A stretch of DNA of 64,000 bases, taken from contig JAKVBI010000017.1 of the NCBI GenBank assembly GCA_022447545.1, positions 69,512 to 133,511 on the forward strand. Reading direction: 5' to 3'. Source of the stretch: Myxococcota bacterium (lineage in GTDB: Bacteria; Myxococcota_A; UBA9160; SMWR01). Positions 35,607 through 43,619 of this stretch are shown one piece after another. The notes under the pieces were generated by a model. It saw nothing but the letters and a program-made list of their open reading frames with translations, did not search any database and was not told where the DNA came from. Each line of letters starts with the position of its first letter. Positions within the stretch are counted from its first letter, which is position 1. A program made the position numbers and the translations under genes.

Positions 35607-35720
35607 GGCCGGTGGCCCTCCGTTTCGTGACGTTTTAACGGCCGCGAGGGACCGTGTGTGCGTGATTACACCACAATCTGATCCCTTGGATGGCAACCTT
35701 TCGGCCCGTGGACACTGCTG

Positions 35721-37355
35721 GTGGGAGATTCGGACCTCGGATATCTTCCTGGCTTGATCATCGATCGTCGCGATTTCTTTCGGGTTGCCGGCACGTTGAC
35801 GGCGGGAGCAGTACTGCCCCTGGCGTGCCGAACACCAGTTCCGTCGGTTTCACCGCCCCCCTTCGTACATGGTGTGGCCAGCGGTGACCCGCTGACGGAC
35901 CGGGTGATCCTGTGGACGCGGGTCAGCGCGCCGGCAGGAGTGCGACAGGTTCCTGTGCGCTGGGAGGTGGCCGAGGACCCGGGATTCGGGACGGTGGTGG
36001 CGCGGGGCTGGGGGATGACCGGGGCCCGGCAGGACTTCACCGTGAAGGTCGATGTCACCGGGCTCTCACCGGGACGCACCTACTACTATCGCTTCGATGC
36101 CCTGGGCCAGAGTTCCCCCATCGGACGGACCCGGACCCTTCCCGTCGGGTCTCTGGAGCGTTTGCGCTTGGCCGTGTGCTCCTGCGCCAATTATCCCCAG
36201 GGCTTCTTCAACGCGTATGCGCACATCGCCCAGCGAGCCGACCTCGATGCCGTGTTGCACCTGGGCGACTACCTCTATGAGTATGGTCGTGATGGGTACG
36301 GGGGAAACGCGGGTTTGGGGCGCGATGTCGAGCCCGTACATGAAACTGTGACTCTGTCCGACTATCGTGAACGCCACGCGCTCTACAAAAGCGATCCGGA
36401 TCTCCAGGCCGCACACCAGCAGCATCCGTTCATCGCCGTCTGGGACGATCACGAAAGCGCCAACGATTCCTGGATGCACGGTGCTCAGAATCATGATCCC
36501 GCTACGGAAGGGGCTTGGTTGAATCGCAAGGCTGCAGCCATTCGTGCCTATCACGAGTGGATGCCGATCCGGACCCTGCCGGGGGACCTGTCCGGAGGCC
36601 GCATCTACCGGGCGTTTCGGTTCGGGAATCTCGCGGACCTCGTGATGCTGGACACACGCTTGGGGGGACGCGAGAAGCAGGGCGACCGCGACGATCCTCG
36701 CGCTCTCGAAGATCCGAATCGGCGCTTGTTGGACGCGACCCAGGAGGCCTGGCTCCAGGCCCAATTGGATAATTCCATGGAGGCCGGTACGCGCTGGCGC
36801 CTGCTGGGACAGCAGATCTTGATGGGTTCCATGAGTGGGCAGGGGCAGCCCGTGAACCCGGACTCGTGGGATGGCTATCCGGGGAGTCGCAAACGCCTGC
36901 TCGGGCACCTCTCCCAGGCTGAGATCCGAGACGTCGTAGTCCTCAGCGGAGACGTCCACAGTTCTTGGGCGATGGAAGTGGCCCAGAACCCCTTCTCGGA
37001 AGAGGCATACGACCCGAACACGGGCCGAGGGAGCCTCGCTGTGGAATTCGTGGCTCCTGCGGTGAGTTCCTCACCTCTGGGAACCTTTCCGGGCGCCGAG
37101 TCCCTGCTTGCTCTGGACTCACGCCGACCCCACATTCGCTGGGTCGATGTCCACGCACGCGGGTACACGATCCTTGACCTCGATGAAACCCGCGCCCAAG
37201 CCGAGTGGTATTTTCTGGACACTGTCGAGCGGCGAGGTGCTGGGGAGCGCTTTGCTGCGGCCTTTGCCAGCGCACACGGTGAGAATCGTCTGCTGCCGGT
37301 TTCGAGTCCGAGTCAACAGCGGGTCGCCGCTCCTGCTCTGGCCCCCGTGGGCTGA
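35721..37355 (+). CDS. PhoD-family alkaline phosphatase/phosphodiesterase (Tat-exported)
   Basis: Twin-arginine motif IDRRDFFRVAG. GVASGDPLTDRVILWTRV is typical of PhoD. GTG 35721 or TTG 35754 is the start. Confidence 0.85.
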   Translation: MGDSDLGYLPGLIIDRRDFFRVAGTLTAGAVLPLACRTPVPSVSPPPFVHGVASGDPLTDRVILWTRVSAPAGVRQVPVRWEVAEDPGFGTVVARGWGMTGARQDFTVKVDVTGLSPGRTYYYRFDALGQSSPIGRTRTLPVGSLERLRLAVCSCANYPQGFFNAYAHIAQRADLDAVLHLGDYLYEYGRDGYGGNAGLGRDVEPVHETVTLSDYRERHALYKSDPDLQAAHQQHPFIAVWDDHESANDSWMHGAQNHDPATEGAWLNRKAAAIRAYHEWMPIRTLPGDLSGGRIYRAFRFGNLADLVMLDTRLGGREKQGDRDDPRALEDPNRRLLDATQEAWLQAQLDNSMEAGTRWRLLGQQILMGSMSGQGQPVNPDSWDGYPGSRKRLLGHLSQAEIRDVVVLSGDVHSSWAMEVAQNPFSEEAYDPNTGRGSLAVEFVAPAVSSSPLGTFPGAESLLALDSRRPHIRWVDVHARGYTILDLDETRAQAEWYFLDTVERRGAGERFAAAFASAHGENRLLPVSSPSQQRVAAPALAPVG

Positions 37356-37367
37356 GGCCACGCAGTC

Positions 37368-38546
37368 TCAGCGGAGTGTGATGGGGAACTTTGCGTATCC
37401 CTGAACGAACTCGGTACGCAAGCGTTCGCAGTCGTCAAGCATCACCTCGTATTCAGGGAACTCCCGGAGGATCTCCTGCAAAAGGACTCGCCCTTCCATG
37501 CGAGCCATGAAGGAGCCCAGACATCGGTGGGTGCCGTGCCCAAAGGTCAGGATTCGCGATGCGCGGCGCCGAACGTCGAAGCGGTCCGGTTCGTCGAACT
37601 CCTTGGGGTCCCGGTTTCCCGACGGATACACGAACAGGACGGGTTGGTTCTCGCGGATCGCGTGGCCTCGGATCTCGTGATCCGCGATGGCAGTTCGGCC
37701 AAGCCATTGGGTAGGCATGTCGTAGCGAAGAATTTCCGTGAGTGCGTCGTCGATGAGATTCGGGTCATCGCATAATAGGCGGCGTTGGTCGGGGTGCTCC
37801 CAGAGTCGCAACAAGCCCGTGGCGAAAACCTTCGGAAAGGTCTCGGTCGCACCGATCAGCAGGAGCGTGAGGTGTTGGGCGATCAACTCGGGAGTGAAGG
37901 GGCCGCGGTCGTCAGCGAATCCAGCGAGTACGCCGAGCACGTCATCACCCGGGTCGGGCGACTCCAAACGTGAGCGTACGAGCTGTTCCAGGTAATCCCA
38001 GGTTTCCTGGCGTGCTTTGAACCCCTCGTCGCTCATTCCTTCGGTGCCCTCTTCGCGCAGGAAGAAGCGGCTCACGAGGTCTACGAGATAGTCTGAGTCC
38101 TCCAATGGGAATCCGTTGACTACACACGCCACTCGCACGGCGATCTGTTGGCCGAGTTCTCGGATGGCATCGATCTGTCCAAGATCCCGGTGTTTTTCGA
38201 TGCACTGGCGGGTCCATTTTCGTACGTGGGGTTCCAGGCTGCGGGCGGACCGGGGGCTGAAGTGCGGGAATGCTTCCTTGCGCAGTTGCTTGTGTCGTGG
38301 CGGGTCCACCGAGGCAAGGGTTTCCATGGCCGCGGGTTCGCGCTCCAGGAACGATAGGTCCGAAGTCGCATTTCGCACCGAGTAGTGCAGGGTGTCCTGG
38401 GAGGCCTGCCAGATGTCTTCGAACTCGAAGAGAGCCCAGGCGTCGAAACGTTCCACGTAGTAGACCGGAGACTCGGCTCTCATGCGGGCATACACGGAAT
38501 TCGGGTCGCTGAGCACTTCGGGCATGTAGGGGTCGTAGGCCGGCAT
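37368..38546 (-). CDS. cytochrome P450
   Basis: Haem loop FGHGTHRCLGSFMA (FxxGxxxCxG). EILRYD (ExxR). SD GAGGAGAA. Confidence 0.9.
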   Translation of the reverse strand: MPAYDPYMPEVLSDPNSVYARMRAESPVYYVERFDAWALFEFEDIWQASQDTLHYSVRNATSDLSFLEREPAAMETLASVDPPRHKQLRKEAFPHFSPRSARSLEPHVRKWTRQCIEKHRDLGQIDAIRELGQQIAVRVACVVNGFPLEDSDYLVDLVSRFFLREEGTEGMSDEGFKARQETWDYLEQLVRSRLESPDPGDDVLGVLAGFADDRGPFTPELIAQHLTLLLIGATETFPKVFATGLLRLWEHPDQRRLLCDDPNLIDDALTEILRYDMPTQWLGRTAIADHEIRGHAIRENQPVLFVYPSGNRDPKEFDEPDRFDVRRRASRILTFGHGTHRCLGSFMARMEGRVLLQEILREFPEYEVMLDDCERLRTEFVQGYAKFPITLR

Positions 38547-38684
38547 GGTTCTCCTCGGAATGGGAGCACAAGCTAGCCCAGCCGGCGCCGGCTCTCAGGG
38601 CAGTGGGCAGGGTGTCAAACCTGTGCCCGTTTCGGCCATTCTGTCCAGCTATAGTGTGGGTAAGGGAATTCAAAGGAGTCGAGG

Positions 38685-39785
38685 ATGTCACTGCCCCGGA
38701 AGGCAATGGCCATGGTTCAGACGGCTCCTCGTCGTTTGGAAGCCAGAGATCTGCCGATTCCGTCCATCGATGATGATTCGGGGTTGATTCGCATCGAAGC
38801 CTGCGGGATTTGCGGAAGTGATTACGAGCAGTTCGAAGGGGTTCTTCGAACCCCCATGCCCGTGGTTCCGGGTCATGAGCCTCTCGGAATCATCGAGGCC
38901 ATCGGAGATCGCGCTGCCCAACGCTGGGGAGTGGACGTCGGGGATCGGGTGGCTGTGGAGACGATGCTCTCGTGTCACCATTGCAGCACCTGCATGGGCG
39001 GCTCCTATCATCTGTGTGACCGGCGCCGGATCTACTCCTACGTCCCGTTGTCCGAAGAGCCCGGTCTATGGGGCGCTTACGCGGAGTACATGTACCTCGA
39101 CCCGAATAGCATCGTGCACTCCATCGATCCGAACCTTCCAGCCTCAACGGCCGTCATGTTCAATCCGCTCGGCGCGGGCTTTCGGTGGGCTGTGGAGATT
39201 CCCGAGTCGGGTCCCGGGGACACAGTGTTGATTCTGGGTCCGGGCCAGCGAGGTCTTGCTAGCGTCATTGCCTGTCGTGAAGCGGGTGTGTCGAAGGTGA
39301 TCGTGACGGGGCTTGAAGCCGACGCGAAAAAACTCGACCTGGCCCGAGAATTCGGGGCCGATGCCACCATCGACGTGGAGAATGAAAACGTCACGGAGCG
39401 AGTGCGGGAACTCACCGATGGGCGTGGCGCTGACGTGGTGCTCGACGTTTCCGCCTACGCGGTGGAGCCCGTTGCTGAATCCGTGGACTACGTTCGAAAT
39501 GGTGGAACCGTGGTTCTCGCAGGGGTCAAAGGATTCAAAGAAATCCCAGGCTTTGTGTCGGACAAGGTCGTGCTGAAGGAGGTGACCCTGCGTGGCGCCA
39601 TTGGTGTGACGAGCCGCGGCTATCAGAACGCGATCCAATTGATCGAGTCGCAAAAGGTTCCAATCGAGCGAATGCACACCCATGACTTTGGTCTGGATGA
39701 AGCAGAACTTGCCATTCGAACCCTCGCTCGCGAGATACCAGGCGATGAGTCCATCCACTCCTGCCTTCTGCCCGGAAAGGACTGA
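38685..39785 (+). CDS. Zn-dependent medium-chain alcohol dehydrogenase (MDR) family
   Basis: AAAGGAG SD. RIEACGICGSD...PGHEPLG. Collinear with 15845..16924 from the N-terminus onward. Confidence 0.85.
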   Translation: MSLPRKAMAMVQTAPRRLEARDLPIPSIDDDSGLIRIEACGICGSDYEQFEGVLRTPMPVVPGHEPLGIIEAIGDRAAQRWGVDVGDRVAVETMLSCHHCSTCMGGSYHLCDRRRIYSYVPLSEEPGLWGAYAEYMYLDPNSIVHSIDPNLPASTAVMFNPLGAGFRWAVEIPESGPGDTVLILGPGQRGLASVIACREAGVSKVIVTGLEADAKKLDLAREFGADATIDVENENVTERVRELTDGRGADVVLDVSAYAVEPVAESVDYVRNGGTVVLAGVKGFKEIPGFVSDKVVLKEVTLRGAIGVTSRGYQNAIQLIESQKVPIERMHTHDFGLDEAELAIRTLAREIPGDESIHSCLLPGKD

Positions 39786-39810
39786 CCGGCGTGGAAGCCA
39801 CGCTCGAAGC

Positions 39811-39820
39811 GGGGGGGGGG
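39811..39820. repeat. G10 homopolymer in the 126-nt spacer upstream of 39912..40475
   Basis: Read directly from the sequence (c-GGGGGGGGGG-c). Confidence 0.9.
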
Positions 39821-39911
39821 CGTCAACGTGATGCGGGTGCTCGGGGGGAACACCGGGATCCATTGACGCCGCATCTTGGTGCCATTGAATGCCCCAAGGG
39901 AGGACGAGTGA

Positions 39912-40475
39912 ATGAGCGAACCCAGAATTCCGCTGCTGCTTCCCGAGGAAGCGGCTCGAGCAGCCAAGGGGGCGGGGATCGCTGAGGCCATTGGGCAGCT
40001 CAGTGTTTTTCGTGTTCTGCTGCGCCATCCGGAACTCGCGAAGCGGGTCAATGATCTGCTGATGCTGCTGTTGTTGCAGGGGAGTCTCGACGCCCGCCTT
40101 CGAGAACTCGTGATCATGCGCATTGGTTGGTCGACGCGCTCCGTCTATGAATGGACTCAGCATTGGCGAATCGCACTTAAACTCGGTGTGAGCGAGCGAG
40201 ATCTTTTGGCGCTGCGGAACTGGCGATCTCATGATCACTGGTCCCCGGCGGATCGCGCGGTTCTCGCTGCGACGGACGAAACACTGGATCAGGGAGCCAT
40301 CGGTCCGGCCACCTGGACGGAATGTGTCGCTGAGCTTCCGACTGTGGAGGAGCAACTGGAATTGGTTGCGGCGATCGGAACCTGGCGTTTGATCTCGCAG
40401 ATTTTGAAGAGTATCGAGGTGCCGCTTGAGGAGGGGGTAGCGCCGTGGCCGCCCGATGGGGCCTCGCCGCCCTAG
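39912..40475 (+). CDS. carboxymuconolactone decarboxylase (AhpD-like) family protein
   Basis: SD AAGGGAGGA. RELVIMRIGWSTRSVYEWTQH is typical of the CMD family. Confidence 0.8.
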   Translation: MSEPRIPLLLPEEAARAAKGAGIAEAIGQLSVFRVLLRHPELAKRVNDLLMLLLLQGSLDARLRELVIMRIGWSTRSVYEWTQHWRIALKLGVSERDLLALRNWRSHDHWSPADRAVLAATDETLDQGAIGPATWTECVAELPTVEEQLELVAAIGTWRLISQILKSIEVPLEEGVAPWPPDGASPP

Positions 40476-40538
40476 GTGGCTCCCGGTCTCGCGTTTTCTT
40501 GGCCGGCTGGCTGCGGGAGCGTGATCTATACTGGATCT

Positions 40539-41762
40539 ATGTCGGCAAAAGGCAGGGCCGTTGCTCGAGAGCGGTCAGAGGTGGAGAGAGAAGGGAAGGG
40601 AAAGAGCGTGGAGAACTTGCTGATGATCAGTGCGGACTGCCACGGCGGTCCGCTCCCCGAAACCTACAAGCAATATCTGGAAAAGGGACTCCACGGCGAG
40701 TACGACACCTGGCTTGCCCAGCTCGAGGAGCAGAAGCGAAAGCGCACAGGATTGTTTGAGAAGAAGTTCTTTGACAAGTTCGCGTCCGAGGGAGGGGATG
40801 ACGGGGTGTCGAGGGCATGGGATCCCGAGCGTCGAGTTCGCGAACTCGAGGCGGACGGAACCGTAGCTGAGGTGGTTTTCCCGGATTCCATCGTTGCCGG
40901 TGGCGTTCCGTTCGGTGCCGGAATCGGAATGAATTCGCGGGACGTCGATCCCAAGCTGACGCTGGCGGGCGCTCGTGCCCACAACCGCTGGCTGAAGGAT
41001 CTGTGTGAAGCCACACCGGGACGGCGGGGCGGAATCGCACCCATACCTATCGACGACATCGAGGTTTCCATCCAGGAGATCCATTGGGTTCGTGAGAACT
41101 TTGCTCAGGGCGGCGTAATGATCCCCGCCAGTACCGGGAATCTGCCCCTCTATCACGAACCGCGTTACGAACCGATCTGGTCCGTGTGCGAGGAACTCGG
41201 ATTGCCGATTCATATCCACACGGGGAGTGGCCCACCCGACTACGGCACGTTCCCCTTTTCCCCGATTCTCTACGTTTGTGAAGCGCCATGGTTCGCCCAC
41301 CGCCCTCTGACCTTCGTGATGTGGTCAGGCGTCTTCGAGCGGCACCCGAATCTGAAGTGGGTGATGACCGAACAGGGTGCAGGCTGGATTCCAGGAGTGC
41401 TGAAGCAGTGGGACGGATTGTGTGACCGTCCGATGTTCAAGCACCTGCGCGGAGAGATGAGTCTAAAGCCCAGTGAGTACTGGGCCAGGCAGTGCTATGT
41501 GGGCGCCTCCATGCTGACACCCCAGGAGTGTGCGGTGCGCCACAAGATCGGTGTGAATACGATCATGTGGGGCTCCGACTATCCCCATCCCGAGGGCACG
41601 TGGCCTCACACCAAGGAGAGGCTCCACGAAACCTTTGCCGGTGTTCCGGAGTCCGATGTGCGCGCGATTCTGGGCGAGACCGCCGCGCGGGTGTACGGCT
41701 TCGATCCCAAGGCTCTCGCCGGCGATGCCGAGCGCGTGTGCCCGCGGCCCGAGGAATTGTGA
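40539..41762 (+). CDS. amidohydrolase-2 family protein
   Basis: ISADCHGG metal motif near the N-terminus. DYPHPEG near the C-terminus. The start is ambiguous (ATG 40539 or ATG 40623, the latter with GGAGAA upstream). Confidence 0.8.
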   Translation: MSAKGRAVARERSEVEREGKGKSVENLLMISADCHGGPLPETYKQYLEKGLHGEYDTWLAQLEEQKRKRTGLFEKKFFDKFASEGGDDGVSRAWDPERRVRELEADGTVAEVVFPDSIVAGGVPFGAGIGMNSRDVDPKLTLAGARAHNRWLKDLCEATPGRRGGIAPIPIDDIEVSIQEIHWVRENFAQGGVMIPASTGNLPLYHEPRYEPIWSVCEELGLPIHIHTGSGPPDYGTFPFSPILYVCEAPWFAHRPLTFVMWSGVFERHPNLKWVMTEQGAGWIPGVLKQWDGLCDRPMFKHLRGEMSLKPSEYWARQCYVGASMLTPQECAVRHKIGVNTIMWGSDYPHPEGTWPHTKERLHETFAGVPESDVRAILGETAARVYGFDPKALAGDAERVCPRPEEL

Positions 41763-41866
41763 AGAGACTCGAGTCCGCAGCGGTCCTTGGCTGTCGGCTT
41801 CGAGGCGGCGAGCGCGGAACCTAGCGACGAGCGCCGTTCCCACGCTCGGCGAAGTGATCCACTAGA

Positions 41867-43585
41867 ATGATCGGGGGGGAGCGATCGTCTGGGCAGCCTG
41901 GGTTCGGTGGAGCGTGTCTGCGCTTGCCTGACGAGAGCGTTGGACTCCACGGGAAGGGCGGCTTGAAGGCGAAGGTAGCGAGACGAGGGCTTCGGTACGG
42001 ATTGTTGCTGGGGCTGCTTCTCGCCTTCGGGGTCTTGAAGGGCCGTTTCGACATCGACATTGGTCCGAGTGCCCGTGATGGTGACTACTACTACAGCATC
42101 GCCCGTTCCTGGATTGCAGGGGAAGGCTTTCGGTCCAACATTTCACTGTACTTCCAGGGCTTCCAGAGTTTTCCGCATCGCGTGAGTCAGAGCCCCGTTT
42201 GGCCTCTTACTCTGGGGGTGGTGGGAGGTTTTGTGGGCCTGGGGAATGCGGCGACAGGTCTTCCGAATTTGCTCTATCTGGTGGACCTGGTTCTCGTCTA
42301 CTTTCTGGCCCGTCGCTTATACCGGGGAATCGCGGGAGAGCGCCCGGGTTGGGCCTTTGGGCGTGATCGAGTACCAGACTTTGGGCACGCCGCGGTTTTG
42401 GTTCTCGGCGCCAATGTCGTCTTTTTCCGCTTCTCGTCCGTGCCCAACAATGAAGCGCTGGCTCTTTGCTTCGTGTTCTCGGGCTTGATCTTGTTCGATC
42501 GCGCGGTCCGTGAGGAGCGGCTTCTGTTTGCCGTGCTGGCTGGTTTGTCGAGCGGTCTGGCGTTGATGACACGAGTACAGGCCCTGGCACTTCCATTTGC
42601 GCTGTGGCTGACCCTCACCGGTTGGGTGCTGGTTCATCGCCGCTCGGCCCCGCTCTTTCCTGCTCTGCTGGCGGGCACGTTGTTGCCTTTCATTCCCTGG
42701 ATCCTCTACCTCGCGAGTTGGAACGATGCGCTGTCCCTGCGAATGATTCTCGGGATGGAGACCCTACGGGAGACTCCGACTCTGCCCGTCTTCGAGCACG
42801 CGGTGATTTCGCCGACATGGTGGGCGGCGATGGCGGATCGGATCTCGGGTCTGGTCCATGCATTTTCACCTTCGGGTCCCTATTCGTACACGCGCCACTT
42901 CGGCGGGCTCGTTTATCTATTGCCTCTGGCTGCGATCCATCTGGGGGTTGCCATGTTGCGAGGGCGACGACGCTTGCATCTGGCGCCGTCCTCCGGCCTT
43001 CTCATGCCCATTGCGGCGCTGATCACCGGTGTGGGAATGTTGTTGCCGGTTCATCTGCTGCACATGGCCTTCGACATCCCGTGGCTGTTCGGTACGCGTC
43101 ACGGTCTTCCTCTGTTGCTGCTGATTCTACCGGCGCTCGCATACCTGGACGCACGAACCGGGCGATTCTGGCGGGTCGTGGGGGTCGGGGGGTTCGTGGT
43201 CGCCATCCTGGGGAATCTGTCGGGCACTGTGGCTCTGTCGGGCGCTCAATTCAAAAAAGACCTAGGCCCCAACCGGGAAGCGCTGGTCGAGTGGCTCGAT
43301 GGCCAGGATCCGAAGCCCTCGGTGATTACGACGCGTCCATGGCAGCTTGGCGCATTCAGCCGGTCCGGCTTTCACTGGATCCTCTGTCAGCACAGTCACG
43401 AGACCAGCGAGATTCTTATGGAGGATGCGGGCGCCGACTACATTGTCGTGTTCCCCTCTGAGCGCAAATGTGACTTCGTGCACGGCTTCCAGCGGGGTAC
43501 CCTGCGAGTCGTGAAGTCGTTTGGCGAGGGCGGGGCAGAGATCCGAGTGATGGCTCGGCGGCGAAGGGCGGGGACGCCTCCGTGA
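41867..43585 (+). CDS. GT-C fold polytopic glycosyltransferase (ArnT/PMT, family-39-like)
   Basis: About 12 hydrophobic helices. First-loop motif SARDGDYYYSIARSWIAGEGF. An alternative TTG start at 41963 (GGGAAGG SD) would give MKAKVARRGLRYGLLLGLLLAF. Confidence 0.6.
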   Translation: MIGGERSSGQPGFGGACLRLPDESVGLHGKGGLKAKVARRGLRYGLLLGLLLAFGVLKGRFDIDIGPSARDGDYYYSIARSWIAGEGFRSNISLYFQGFQSFPHRVSQSPVWPLTLGVVGGFVGLGNAATGLPNLLYLVDLVLVYFLARRLYRGIAGERPGWAFGRDRVPDFGHAAVLVLGANVVFFRFSSVPNNEALALCFVFSGLILFDRAVREERLLFAVLAGLSSGLALMTRVQALALPFALWLTLTGWVLVHRRSAPLFPALLAGTLLPFIPWILYLASWNDALSLRMILGMETLRETPTLPVFEHAVISPTWWAAMADRISGLVHAFSPSGPYSYTRHFGGLVYLLPLAAIHLGVAMLRGRRRLHLAPSSGLLMPIAALITGVGMLLPVHLLHMAFDIPWLFGTRHGLPLLLLILPALAYLDARTGRFWRVVGVGGFVVAILGNLSGTVALSGAQFKKDLGPNREALVEWLDGQDPKPSVITTRPWQLGAFSRSGFHWILCQHSHETSEILMEDAGADYIVVFPSERKCDFVHGFQRGTLRVVKSFGEGGAEIRVMARRRRAGTPP

Positions 43586-43619
43586 GCGTTTTTCTTCTCT
43601 CGGCCGCCGGAGGTCGGAT

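Noticed and set aside
38651-38660. The 10-mer ATAGTGTGGG is shared by two divergent promoter regions (38651-38660 and 49381-49390), each containing a TATAGT/GATAGT -10-like hexamer
   Set aside because: A single shared 10-mer among ~4 kb of spacer on two strands is within chance expectation. Its distances to the flanking start codons are inconsistent (34 nt against 124 nt), and no convincing -35 is present.
39144-40355. 403-aa minus-strand ORF
   Set aside because: It is antisense to the MDR dehydrogenase and the CMD-family gene, both of which have clear motifs and SD sites. Its composition is biased, and it spans a spacer that contains the G10 tract.
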